43,625 nucleotides of DNA from Candidatus Colimorpha enterica (GCA_000433515.1 FR891151.1:1-43625); one strand, 5' to 3'; positions 9,632 to 18,479 are shown, counted from the first letter of the stretch. Program-made: numbers and translations. The notes: generated by a model from the sequence alone, not told the origin.

Positions 9632-9873
9632 GATGAGTTTGAATCAATCTTATTTCAAATTTGAACAGCACGATTTTTTAAGATATTGTTGGCTGTTTTC
9701 AAAACGAGGTAAAACGCTCTAAAACCGTTGAAAATAAAGGATTTTCGGCAAACAACTCATTTCATCCCATCACTATGTGTTACACCGTTTTGCCCTCGCC
9801 CGAACAGATCATAAGCGCAAAATCAAGGGCAAGAATCATTAGCGCAAGCCCCATAACGAAGTTTTATGTAAGA

Positions 9874-9906
9874 GGCGGTGTGATCGAAAAGATCACACTG
9901 CCTTTT
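9874..9906. terminator. Hairpin ggcggtgtgatc-gaaaa-gatcacactgcc plus TTTT next to the recombinase 3' end
   Basis: 12-bp stem with one mismatch. The T-run lies on the plus strand. It sits 6 nt from the stop of the minus-strand recombinase gene. Confidence 0.5.
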
Positions 9907-9911
9907 GCTAT

Positions 9912-11609
<1,698 letters not shown>

Positions 11610-11679
11610 TTATCGCTTGTCTTTATTATAACACAACTCGAAAAACATTTCAACACTTTACAACGCTAAAGCGAAAGTT

Positions 11680-11982
11680 TTATTGTAAACTTTCTTCTTT
11701 CATCATTCGCCAAATTTTCTGAAGAATGTTTTCCCGCGCGTTAGGATTGAAATGCCCGACAACCTCGTAAGTGGTATGACCTTCTTTTTCCTCAAAGTCA
11801 AAGGCGGATGCGGGGACATTGTAATTCACGGGAACTTTCTCACGCTCGGTATCGACTATGGGTACGTGAGGTGGGGGCGGATTTTCTGCCCACTTCTTTT
11901 GATATTCGGCATATCGTTCTTCGATATATTTATCTTTTTCAGATGGCATATCAAGTCCTTTTGATTTTGTTTTATCTATCAT
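11680..11982 (-). CDS. Small hypothetical protein between the relaxase and recombinase genes
   Basis: ATG 11982 has RBS AGAAAGGA 8 nt upstream. The longer 153-aa ORF in the track overlaps the relaxase 3' end and is unlikely. No recognisable domain. Confidence 0.5.
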   Translation of the reverse strand: MIDKTKSKGLDMPSEKDKYIEERYAEYQKKWAENPPPPHVPIVDTEREKVPVNYNVPASAFDFEEKEGHTTYEVVGHFNPNARENILQKIWRMMKEESLQ

Positions 11983-13072
11983 TGCGGTCATCCTTTCTCT
12001 TTTTCTCCTCTCTTGCTTGCTGAACAATCTGCGGGAACTCGATGCGCTCGACAGTCTTTTGAATATCATCACTGCGGTCATAAATATCTTTGCACATTGC
12101 ATATTCCTTACGAAGCGGCTTGAGCTTGTCCGAGATAGCAAAGATTTGTTCGCGTATTGGCTGCATCTTGGCGGGATCCTTCATCCACCGCATCTTGTTC
12201 CGGAACTTCTGCTGCTCCTTATAAAGCACATCCATTTGTGCACGAACCTTGAGCGCGTGTTGTATGAGATCATCCTTTGTATCAAGGAAATACTTGCCGA
12301 GGAACTTCGCCTGCTCCGAGTACATGCGGGCACGGCGTACGTCCTCTTTAATGGCTGCATAAGCTTCGGGATTCTTTGGGATCACCTTGGGTATCACACC
12401 AAGAAGATAACAGTAATGGAGATAGAGTGCGTAAAGACCTCTCGGCTTTTCACGTAAGGTCGGCTCATAATACGTGATCGGTGTCCATTGACGAGCACGC
12501 GCATTGTTTCTTATCCTCGCTTCAATATCCTCCTCGGTATATCCCGTACCGAGCTTGTCCAAGCGAAAGAATTTATCATAGCCGTATGGCTTGATGCGAA
12601 GGAACTTCCCGCGCTGCTCGATCGTATAGCCAAGGCTTCGCATACGGTTGTAAAAGTTCTTGATGATAAATTCTTGCTTTGCCACCGCGTCGATATCGGC
12701 GCGTATCTGATCTCGCATCGTGGGTATGCCTTTCTTTTCGGCGTGAACCTCTGCGATGTGCTTGTGCTTATCCTTGCTTGGATTTTCGATCACCGACAAA
12801 CCGTACTCCCTGCAAAGTCTATCTGAGGTGTCGCGCATCAGCTTGTAAGTAGCGTTGCAATCGTGATACCGCCTCCCCGAAAATCCCGAAGCCGATATGC
12901 AGAAATGATTGTGCACGTGTCCTCTATCGATATGGGTGGCAACGATAATTGGAAAGTCTTCGCCCCACAGTTCGTTGGCGAGCTGAACACCGATGGCGTG
13001 GGCGGTGTCTGCATCTACTTCACCGGGCTTGAAGGATTGGTATCCGTGGTAGGCTTTCATACTCATCATCAC
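11972..13072 (-). CDS. MobA/VirD2-type relaxase (Relaxase/mobilisation nuclease domain), apparently lacking its N-terminal ~70 aa
   Basis: His-cluster motif VATHIDRGHVHNHFCIS. The ORF begins at ...KAYHGYQSFKPGEVDADTAHAIG. In relatives, as I recall them, this corresponds to an internal IAYQIRQSFKPGEI block that follows the catalytic-Tyr segment. Confidence 0.75.
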   Translation of the reverse strand: MMMSMKAYHGYQSFKPGEVDADTAHAIGVQLANELWGEDFPIIVATHIDRGHVHNHFCISASGFSGRRYHDCNATYKLMRDTSDRLCREYGLSVIENPSKDKHKHIAEVHAEKKGIPTMRDQIRADIDAVAKQEFIIKNFYNRMRSLGYTIEQRGKFLRIKPYGYDKFFRLDKLGTGYTEEDIEARIRNNARARQWTPITYYEPTLREKPRGLYALYLHYCYLLGVIPKVIPKNPEAYAAIKEDVRRARMYSEQAKFLGKYFLDTKDDLIQHALKVRAQMDVLYKEQQKFRNKMRWMKDPAKMQPIREQIFAISDKLKPLRKEYAMCKDIYDRSDDIQKTVERIEFPQIVQQAREEKKRKDDRNDR

Positions 13073-13139
13073 TCAAATAGACCTTGACGAGGTGGGTGCG
13101 CTTGCGCCCACCTTTTCCTTTTTCCTCTGTCTGTTTCAT
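13020..13139 (-). pseudogene. MobC-like relaxosome accessory gene, N-terminal fragment only (39 codons)
   Basis: RBS AAAGGAG lies 9 nt before ATG 13139. The product MKQTEEKGKGGRKRTHLVKVYLSDDEYE matches the basic RTxxxxVxLTxxEY start of MobC proteins. It then runs out of frame into the relaxase 5' end and stops at 13020. Confidence 0.5.
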
Positions 13140-13343
13140 TTTGTTTTTACTCCTTTGCTATAAGTTTTCATTATAAAATTTTCAGTTCTGGGGTCTGGGG
13201 TTCTCCCCACCTTTACATTTTGTGTCCACAAATGCAGTGCTTGTCAAGAAAAACAGACGGACTACGAGTCCGTATTGTTTTGAAGTGGATTTCATTTTCG
13301 TTCTCCTTTCCTTCGATAAATTTCGACATTGAAATCGCAAAAA

Positions 13344-13550
13344 AGGGCAGGTATCACTTACAATCGCCACAACAAAACATAATAGGAATTGAATCCGATT
13401 ATGCGTGTGATGATATGTAACTGATACCTACCCTTAAACTGATTGCTGAACCTTGGGCAATTTGCTTTGCAAATTGCGTGGGGGGATTCATCTGTGCGAC
13501 AAATCTCCGTAAGCTTCACAATCCCCCATATTCACAGATGGGAGGATGGA
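13344..13550. other. Cluster of inverted repeats; candidate oriT or structured RNA
   Basis: gggcaggtatcacttaca (13344-13361) pairs with tgtaactgatacctaccc (~13416-13433). A perfect 9-bp hairpin gcaatttgc-ttt-gcaaattgc is present. The stems gggggatt/aatccccc and catctgtg/cacagatg are interleaved in 1-2-1'-2' order. Confidence 0.35.
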
Positions 13551-13600
13551 TCACTAAAAATATGTGTTATTTAATTGTAGATTTAGAAAAACGATATGTA

Positions 13601-14146
13601 TTATGGAGTGTTGCTTGATTTCGAATATTGGTGACTTGGCAGCCAAATACTTTGCACAGACGGATGTTCTTCTTGCGCTTCTCCAATATCGTTATTGATC
13701 TCACCATAGAAGATGCAAGTACCCATAGGGATTTCACCGTCTTGATATGTTCGGGTAATTCTATGATTGAACACATACACGTACTCAAACGGAGTGCCGC
13801 CGATGGTACGGAAGGAACGACGAATAACTTGTGTTCCAACGTGGCGACGGACACCGATGTATTGCTTACACTTAGGGCAAACAATAACGTAGTCCGCAAC
13901 TCCATTTTCTTCAAGCAGCGTTAAAATCGTTTCGTTTTTCGTAACTGCATCCCCTGCGAACATAATATTCTTCGCGTGACAAGCGGGGCAATCAAACGTT
14001 GGAAGCTTATATTTCTTCGGCATTTCCGATTGCTTGTGATGAGCATCAATAACAGCTTGAATCCGCGTCGAGCGTTCTTCCTCGTTGCTATATCGACGCG
14101 CAGATTTTTCAAATTGGTTTCGGAGATCGTATTTCTTTTGGGGCAT
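13601..14146 (-). CDS. Hypothetical Zn-ribbon protein, co-transcribed with the LexA-like repressor
   Basis: 181 aa. It starts 4 nt after the stop of the upstream gene. It has the CxxC pairs CPACH...CPKCK. No family is recognised. Confidence 0.6.
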   Translation of the reverse strand: MPQKKYDLRNQFEKSARRYSNEEERSTRIQAVIDAHHKQSEMPKKYKLPTFDCPACHAKNIMFAGDAVTKNETILTLLEENGVADYVIVCPKCKQYIGVRRHVGTQVIRRSFRTIGGTPFEYVYVFNHRITRTYQDGEIPMGTCIFYGEINNDIGEAQEEHPSVQSIWLPSHQYSKSSNTP

Positions 14147-14149
14147 CGA

Positions 14150-14764
14150 CTACCTCCTTTTCTTCAAGCGGTGCATTACGCAGACCGCAACTCCTTGTAT
14201 CTTTAGATCTCGCGGATATATGTCGGGATAGGTTTCTTTATCCTCGTTGCAAGAACGGAGAATGTATCTGCCGTTATCAATAACAAGCTCCTTGAGATTG
14301 TTAAGACCTTCATAAAGAGCAACAACGTAATCTCCGTCGCTTGCGGTATTTTGCTTGCGAATAACAACGTAGTCGCCTTCGTTCACTCCGGCGTCGATCA
14401 TAGAGTCACCCTTTGCGATCAGCACGAAAAACTCTCCCGTGCCGACTAAGCTTTCGGGGAGACGGATATACTCGATGACTTCCTCTGTTTCTTCTTCACC
14501 CTCGCCGCAACGGACGTAACCGAGAACGGGAGCTGAGGCATGGCGCGATTCCATATCGATACGTTTAGTGGAGATCGACTTGCGCCCGTTGTATTCAAGA
14601 TTGCCGCTTTCTTTGAGCGAGAGCAGATAACGATGCACGGTTGCCAAAGCAATTCCCGTGCCCTCCGCGATAGTTCTCACGGCAGGAATCTCGTTATATT
14701 CATTGTAATACCCGTCGATGAAATCAAGTATCACACTCTTTTTCGATTCGTCTTTTCTTCGCAT
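14150..14764 (-). CDS. LexA-like repressor (winged HTH + S24 peptidase autocleavage domain)
   Basis: Start at ATG 14764 with GGAGG 5 nt upstream. N-terminal wHTH (IPAVRTIAEGTGIALATVHRYL). S24 motifs are IAKGDSMIDAG (Ser nucleophile) and NNLKEL (Lys). The position aligned by eye to the LexA Ala-Gly scissile bond reads VRCGEG. Confidence 0.85.
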   Translation of the reverse strand: MRRKDESKKSVILDFIDGYYNEYNEIPAVRTIAEGTGIALATVHRYLLSLKESGNLEYNGRKSISTKRIDMESRHASAPVLGYVRCGEGEEETEEVIEYIRLPESLVGTGEFFVLIAKGDSMIDAGVNEGDYVVIRKQNTASDGDYVVALYEGLNNLKELVIDNGRYILRSCNEDKETYPDIYPRDLKIQGVAVCVMHRLKKRR

Positions 14765-14775
14765 AACGCCTCCAA

Positions 14776-14790
14776 GAAACAAAATGTTTC
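14776..14790. promoter_or_regulatory. Palindromic operator O1 GAAAC-AAAAT-GTTTC
   Basis: Perfect 5-5-5 inverted repeat between the -10 and the RBS of the LexA-like gene. Confidence 0.55.
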
Positions 14791-14803
14791 AGTATGTAGA
14801 GCT

Positions 14804-14832
14804 ATTATATCACATTATTTTTTAGTTGTCAA
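14804..14832 (-). promoter_or_regulatory. Consensus sigma-A promoter of the LexA-like operon
   Basis: On the minus strand: TTGACA, a 17-nt spacer, then TGaTATAAT (extended -10). Confidence 0.7.
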
Positions 14833-14841
14833 GAGATTAGT

Positions 14842-14856
14842 GAAAATATTTGTTTC
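14842..14856. promoter_or_regulatory. Operator-like O2 GAAAA-TATTT-GTTTC
   Basis: Same 5-5-5 architecture as O1 with one half-site mismatch. It lies between the two divergent promoters, 8 nt upstream of the -35 of the exonuclease promoter. Confidence 0.4.
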
Positions 14857-14864
14857 ATTTGTGC

Positions 14865-14893
14865 TTGAAAAATTCATAAAAATATGATATAAT
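14865..14893 (+). promoter_or_regulatory. Near-consensus sigma-A promoter of the exonuclease-BRCT gene
   Basis: TTGAAA, a 17-nt spacer, then TGaTATAAT. Confidence 0.7.
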
Positions 14894-14927
14894 ATCAATA
14901 ACGCCATTGGACAAACAGGGGGCAGAT

Positions 14928-16634
14928 ATGAAAGTAACATTTTTTGACGTTGAATATGCCAACGTTCGAAACAAATCGATATGTCAAATCGGTATTTTGA
15001 GCAGAGATTTAGATAATCCTAACGCAGAGGTCGATAAATTGGATCTTTTTGTAAATCCCGAAGATGGATTTGACGATAACTGTGTTCGCATCCACGGTAT
15101 CACGAGCGATACTGTTAAGGGCGCTCCCTCGTTAAATAACATTTGGGACGATATCGAACAGTATTTTACGAATGCGGTTATCATTGGGCACAACGTTGCT
15201 TCTGCCGACTTGGATGCTCTGCACAAGAATTTAGTGAGATACGGTATTGAAGTCCCTGAAATCTATTACATTTGCACCTATCAGCTTGCGAAGGAGCTTG
15301 TTCCTTCCTTTGCCGTTTCCGATTACGCGCTCGGCACTTTGTGTAATTTCTTTGGCATCACAATTGCAGAAAAGCACAACGCTTTTTACGATGCTTGTGC
15401 CTGCTCCGATCTTTTGGACAAGTTGGTTGACTATTCGAAAATTAACATCGAAAGCGAAATTCAAAGATATATTCCGAACGATAACGCAGACTTTATCGCT
15501 TACATATCCAATGCTTCGCTCAAAAAGGATATTCATGCCCTATACGGTATGATCAGAGGATTCACATTGGACTCCGAAATATCGGAGGATGAGAAGGAAT
15601 ATATTAAATCGTGGAGAGGAACATTCGCTCCCTATACATCTCACGCGGATGTATCTACCATCATTTCTGTCATCGATAATATTTTGGCAGATGATGTCAT
15701 CACTCTTGACGAAGTAAATACGCTTCAGCTGGAGATTAGAAGACACCTCGATATCGTTTCTACATCTACGATTACTCTTGCTACACAGATTTTGAATGGT
15801 ATTATCAAGGGCATTATCACCGACGAAGAAATTACGTATGAAGAATGTCAAAATCTCCGTGCTTGGTTGTACGAAAACAATTATCTCTCCGGTCATTTCC
15901 CGTTTGATAAATTATATAGTGAGATCGAAGTCGTTTTGGCTGACGGGGTGTTAACTCCCGCCGAAGCGCTTTCTATCAAGAACGAAATTAGCAATCTTTT
16001 AGATCCCGTTGAGTCCTTGCGAAAGGATGTAATGTCTCTCAAGGGTAAGCGCATTTGCCTCAGTGGTAATTTTGCCTTTGGTCAAAAATCTGCCGTTGAG
16101 CAGTATATCATTGAACAAGGTGGTATCATTGAGACAAGTGTCAAGAAAACAACGGACATCTTGGTTGTCGGTGATTACGAATGTAAATCCTATTCCAACG
16201 GAACCTACGGCACAAAGGTAAAGAAAGCGATTGAGTACAACGGCAAGGGCTGTAATATCCAAATTTCCAAGGAAAGTGATATTATTAAGCCGGCGAAATC
16301 CTTTAGCGAGGTCTTGTTTGGTTTTATTGATGCAAGCGGACTTGGTGATGCCGAGGTTTATAAAAAGGCACAACTTCCTCGTCAGATGATGTCAAAAATC
16401 AAATGCGTACCCAATTATCTCCCTTCCAAGCAAAACATTTGCGCTTTTGCAATTGCATTGGAACTTAACGTGGAACAGACCAACGAATTGCTTTCTTCAG
16501 CAGGCTATGTTCTTTCAAGAAACTTTGAGTTCGATAGAATTATTGAGGACGCCATTGCCCACGGCAATTACGATATTTTCAATATCAACGAAAAAATGTA
16601 TGAGCTCGGTATTTCGTGGCTCGGCGCAAAATAA
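14928..16634 (+). CDS. Multidomain protein: DEDDh (DnaQ-like) 3'-5' exonuclease, TerB-like helical repeats, BRCT domain, C-terminal XRE-like HTH
   Basis: ATG 14928 follows GGGGG.
- Exo motifs: FFDVEYAN (D-x-E), GHNVASADLDAL, HNAFYDACA (H-x4-D).
- Internal repeats: LYGMIRGFTLDSEISEDEKEYIKSW and ILNGIIKGIITDEEITYEECQNLRAW.
- BRCT-like: LKGKRICLSGNF...GGIIETSVKKTTDILVVGD.
- C-terminal: PSKQNICAFAIALELNVEQTNELLSSAGYVLS. Confidence 0.75.
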   Translation: MKVTFFDVEYANVRNKSICQIGILSRDLDNPNAEVDKLDLFVNPEDGFDDNCVRIHGITSDTVKGAPSLNNIWDDIEQYFTNAVIIGHNVASADLDALHKNLVRYGIEVPEIYYICTYQLAKELVPSFAVSDYALGTLCNFFGITIAEKHNAFYDACACSDLLDKLVDYSKINIESEIQRYIPNDNADFIAYISNASLKKDIHALYGMIRGFTLDSEISEDEKEYIKSWRGTFAPYTSHADVSTIISVIDNILADDVITLDEVNTLQLEIRRHLDIVSTSTITLATQILNGIIKGIITDEEITYEECQNLRAWLYENNYLSGHFPFDKLYSEIEVVLADGVLTPAEALSIKNEISNLLDPVESLRKDVMSLKGKRICLSGNFAFGQKSAVEQYIIEQGGIIETSVKKTTDILVVGDYECKSYSNGTYGTKVKKAIEYNGKGCNIQISKESDIIKPAKSFSEVLFGFIDASGLGDAEVYKKAQLPRQMMSKIKCVPNYLPSKQNICAFAIALELNVEQTNELLSSAGYVLSRNFEFDRIIEDAIAHGNYDIFNINEKMYELGISWLGAK

Positions 16635-16635
16635 T

Positions 16636-16680
16636 TGTCACTTTCAAAGATACCAAAGTTAATTTAATATTTGTTATAAT
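16636..16680 (+). promoter_or_regulatory. Box-promoter P1: 19-bp box TGTCACTTTCAAAGATACC + 20 nt + TGtTATAAT
   Basis: The box (16636-16654) starts 2 nt after the exonuclease stop codon. The extended -10 is at 16672-16680. Confidence 0.55.
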
Positions 16681-16716
16681 GCACTCACAAGGTAAGTCCT
16701 TGTGGGTGCATTTTTT
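16681..16716 (+). terminator. Rho-independent terminator gcactcacaagg-taagt-ccttgtgggtgc + ATTTTTT
   Basis: 12-bp stem with one mismatch and a T-run. It begins immediately after the P1 -10 hexamer. Confidence 0.7.
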
Positions 16717-16728
16717 GATGATAGCAAA

Positions 16729-16773
16729 TGTCACTTTCAAAGAGACCACACTTGAACGGATATTTGTTATAAT
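16729..16773 (+). promoter_or_regulatory. Box-promoter P2: TGTCACTTTCAAAGAGACC + 20 nt + TGtTATAAT, upstream of the NERD gene
   Basis: Box at 16729-16747 and -10 at 16768-16773. The spacing is identical to P1 and P3. Confidence 0.6.
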
Positions 16774-16827
16774 TAAGGCACAAAAGGAAAATACATTAAA
16801 AATCATTTAAAACAAAGGAGAATCACA

Positions 16828-17901
16828 ATGAAAAGAGCAGAAGATTTTATCAGAGAAATGGAGAGCAGCAACGTATTGATGTCGAAGGAAGTTACCTTCA
16901 ACGAGTATGTATCCGAGCTTCTTGGATTTCAAAATGTTGTTTGCAAAATGGTAGCGGGAGATGCTTACCACGAGCAAATGCGCATCGATGAAGCGCTGTT
17001 TCTCATGGAATCCACCGCACGTAAAAATGATGTTCGCAATCATCCTGCGGTACATAACGGTATCATCACAATGAAAAAGCTTTCTAAGGAATTGGCAATT
17101 ACTATGTCTGGTGCCAAGGGTGAAAGTCTTGTTTCCAAAACCTTGGAATATTTAAACAGACCTAACACCAAGGTGTATCGCAATGTTTACATTACCGACG
17201 GGCAGGATGAAACGGAGCTTGATGCTATTGTTTTGACGGATTCCGGCGTGATCATTTTGGAGGTTAAGAAGGTTAAGTCCGATCTTACACTTACCGAAGA
17301 CGGTAGAATGGTATTTGCAAGTGATGAGTGCTATGATAAGATCCCTCTTGGTGAAAAAATGGCAATCAAGCGCAAACTCTTGAAGAACGCACTTGAAAAA
17401 GCCGTTGCTTCTACTGGTTTGGATATCCCCGTATACGTTGACAGTTACATCGTATTTTCTGCACCCAAGGGACAGTACATCAAAATTGATGATAGATACC
17501 GTAAGGAAAAGCATTGCTTCCGCACGGGTCTGAATCGGAAAATTGAGAACTACCTCGGTTGTGCTTACTACAAGCATGATCAGCTTGATCAGCTTGATAA
17601 GATCTTTTCCGAAATGGAATCTAACGTAAAGCGCTTTGAAACAGAACTCAACTATGATGATGTTCGTCGTAGTCTTGCCGAGGCAATGGTGGTTCTTCAG
17701 GGTGAACCCGAAAGTACCGCGGAGGCAAAGTCAGCGAATCCTGAGGAGCGCAAGTCTAAGGTGATTGATCCCAAGATTGTCCGTGAAAAGTTGGAACAGA
17801 AAGAGAAGAAAAATATCGGCTTTGATTATATTGCTGCCGGTGCCGCCGCTTGTGTTCTCGGATTTGCTATGATGCTCGGTCTTGGATTTAAGCGCGCATA
17901 A
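16828..17901 (+). CDS. NERD (nuclease-related domain) protein with C-terminal transmembrane helix
   Basis: RBS AAAGGAGA. NERD-type block GAKGESLVSKTLEYL...ELDAIVLTDSGVIILEVKKVK. The C-terminus YIAAGAAACVLGFAMMLGLGF is hydrophobic. Confidence 0.75.
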   Translation: MKRAEDFIREMESSNVLMSKEVTFNEYVSELLGFQNVVCKMVAGDAYHEQMRIDEALFLMESTARKNDVRNHPAVHNGIITMKKLSKELAITMSGAKGESLVSKTLEYLNRPNTKVYRNVYITDGQDETELDAIVLTDSGVIILEVKKVKSDLTLTEDGRMVFASDECYDKIPLGEKMAIKRKLLKNALEKAVASTGLDIPVYVDSYIVFSAPKGQYIKIDDRYRKEKHCFRTGLNRKIENYLGCAYYKHDQLDQLDKIFSEMESNVKRFETELNYDDVRRSLAEAMVVLQGEPESTAEAKSANPEERKSKVIDPKIVREKLEQKEKKNIGFDYIAAGAAACVLGFAMMLGLGFKRA

Positions 17902-17902
17902 T

Positions 17903-17947
17903 TGTCACTTTCAAAGATACCTTTTAGACAAACAATAATGATATACT
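17903..17947 (+). promoter_or_regulatory. Box-promoter P3: TGTCACTTTCAAAGATACC + 20 nt + TGaTATACT, upstream of two small ORFs
   Basis: The box starts 2 nt after the NERD stop codon, as for P1. A partial box, aatgtcacc, follows the -10. Confidence 0.6.
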
Positions 17948-17990
17948 AATGTCACCAGGAAAACAAATTGAAATATGAAGGAGAAAATTT

Positions 17991-18167
17991 ATGAAATTAT
18001 TGAGTAGTATCATTGGATTAATCAAATGGTTGGTTGGGGCGGCACTCTTCTTGGTTGTGTTTTTATTATGTCTCATATTTGTCCCCGGAATTTTCGATGA
18101 GATTATCATAGCCATTATTGCTGTAGCGGCCGCAATTGCAAATCCGCCTTCAATAGAGGGTGATTAA
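17991..18167 (+). CDS. 58-aa hydrophobic small protein (two predicted TM segments); not in the ORF track
   Basis: RBS GAAGGAGAA lies 6 nt before the ATG. Product: MKLLSSIIGLIKWLVGAALFLVVFLLCLIFVPGIFDEIIIAIIAVAAAIANPPSIEGD. Confidence 0.6.
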   Translation: MKLLSSIIGLIKWLVGAALFLVVFLLCLIFVPGIFDEIIIAIIAVAAAIANPPSIEGD

Positions 18168-18182
18168 ATCAAAGGAGGTAAG

Positions 18183-18353
18183 ATGAGTATGAAAATCAAT
18201 GTTATGAAATCAGGCGACAAGGTACTTAATGTAACAAGTGAGTTTGTTGCCATTGAAAGAGTTAGCGGTGAGGTAGATATCCTACCGTTAATCCGTCAAG
18301 AGTCGGGAGTTTGGTTAGACACAAAAAACATCTTAATATGCCTGAATGGTTGA
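18183..18353 (+). CDS. 56-aa small soluble protein; not in the ORF track
   Basis: RBS AAAGGAGGT lies 4 nt before the ATG, 15 nt after the preceding stop. Product: MSMKINVMKSGDKVLNVTSEFVAIERVSGEVDILPLIRQESGVWLDTKNILICLNG. Confidence 0.6.
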   Translation: MSMKINVMKSGDKVLNVTSEFVAIERVSGEVDILPLIRQESGVWLDTKNILICLNG

Positions 18354-18401
18354 AACAATACATATAATATGTGAATTCAATTTTTCGGTTTGAAATCTTA
18401 C

Positions 18402-18440
18402 GTTGCAACAACCATAATCATTGGTTGTTGCAACTTTATT
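18402..18440 (+). terminator. Rho-independent terminator after the small-ORF pair
   Basis: gttgcaacaacca-taatcat-tggttgttgcaac followed by TTTATT. Confidence 0.7.
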
Positions 18441-18450
18441 GCTACATATA

Positions 18451-18479
18451 TTGACTTTTACTACATTTTGTGATACAAT
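18451..18479 (+). promoter_or_regulatory. Sigma-A promoter of the HTH/esterase/ABC operon
   Basis: TTGACT, a 17-nt spacer, then TGaTACAAT. Confidence 0.65.

Noticed and set aside
11983-12141. The long 153-aa form of the small ORF after the relaxase.
   Set aside because: Its first 50 codons overlap the relaxase 3' end in another frame, and there is no RBS. The internal ATG 11982 has one.
13182-13370. A 62-aa ORF in the mob-proximal non-coding region.
   Set aside because: Only the internal 37-codon part has an RBS, and it contains a terminator-like hairpin. It is treated as part of the structured/regulatory region rather than as a protein gene.
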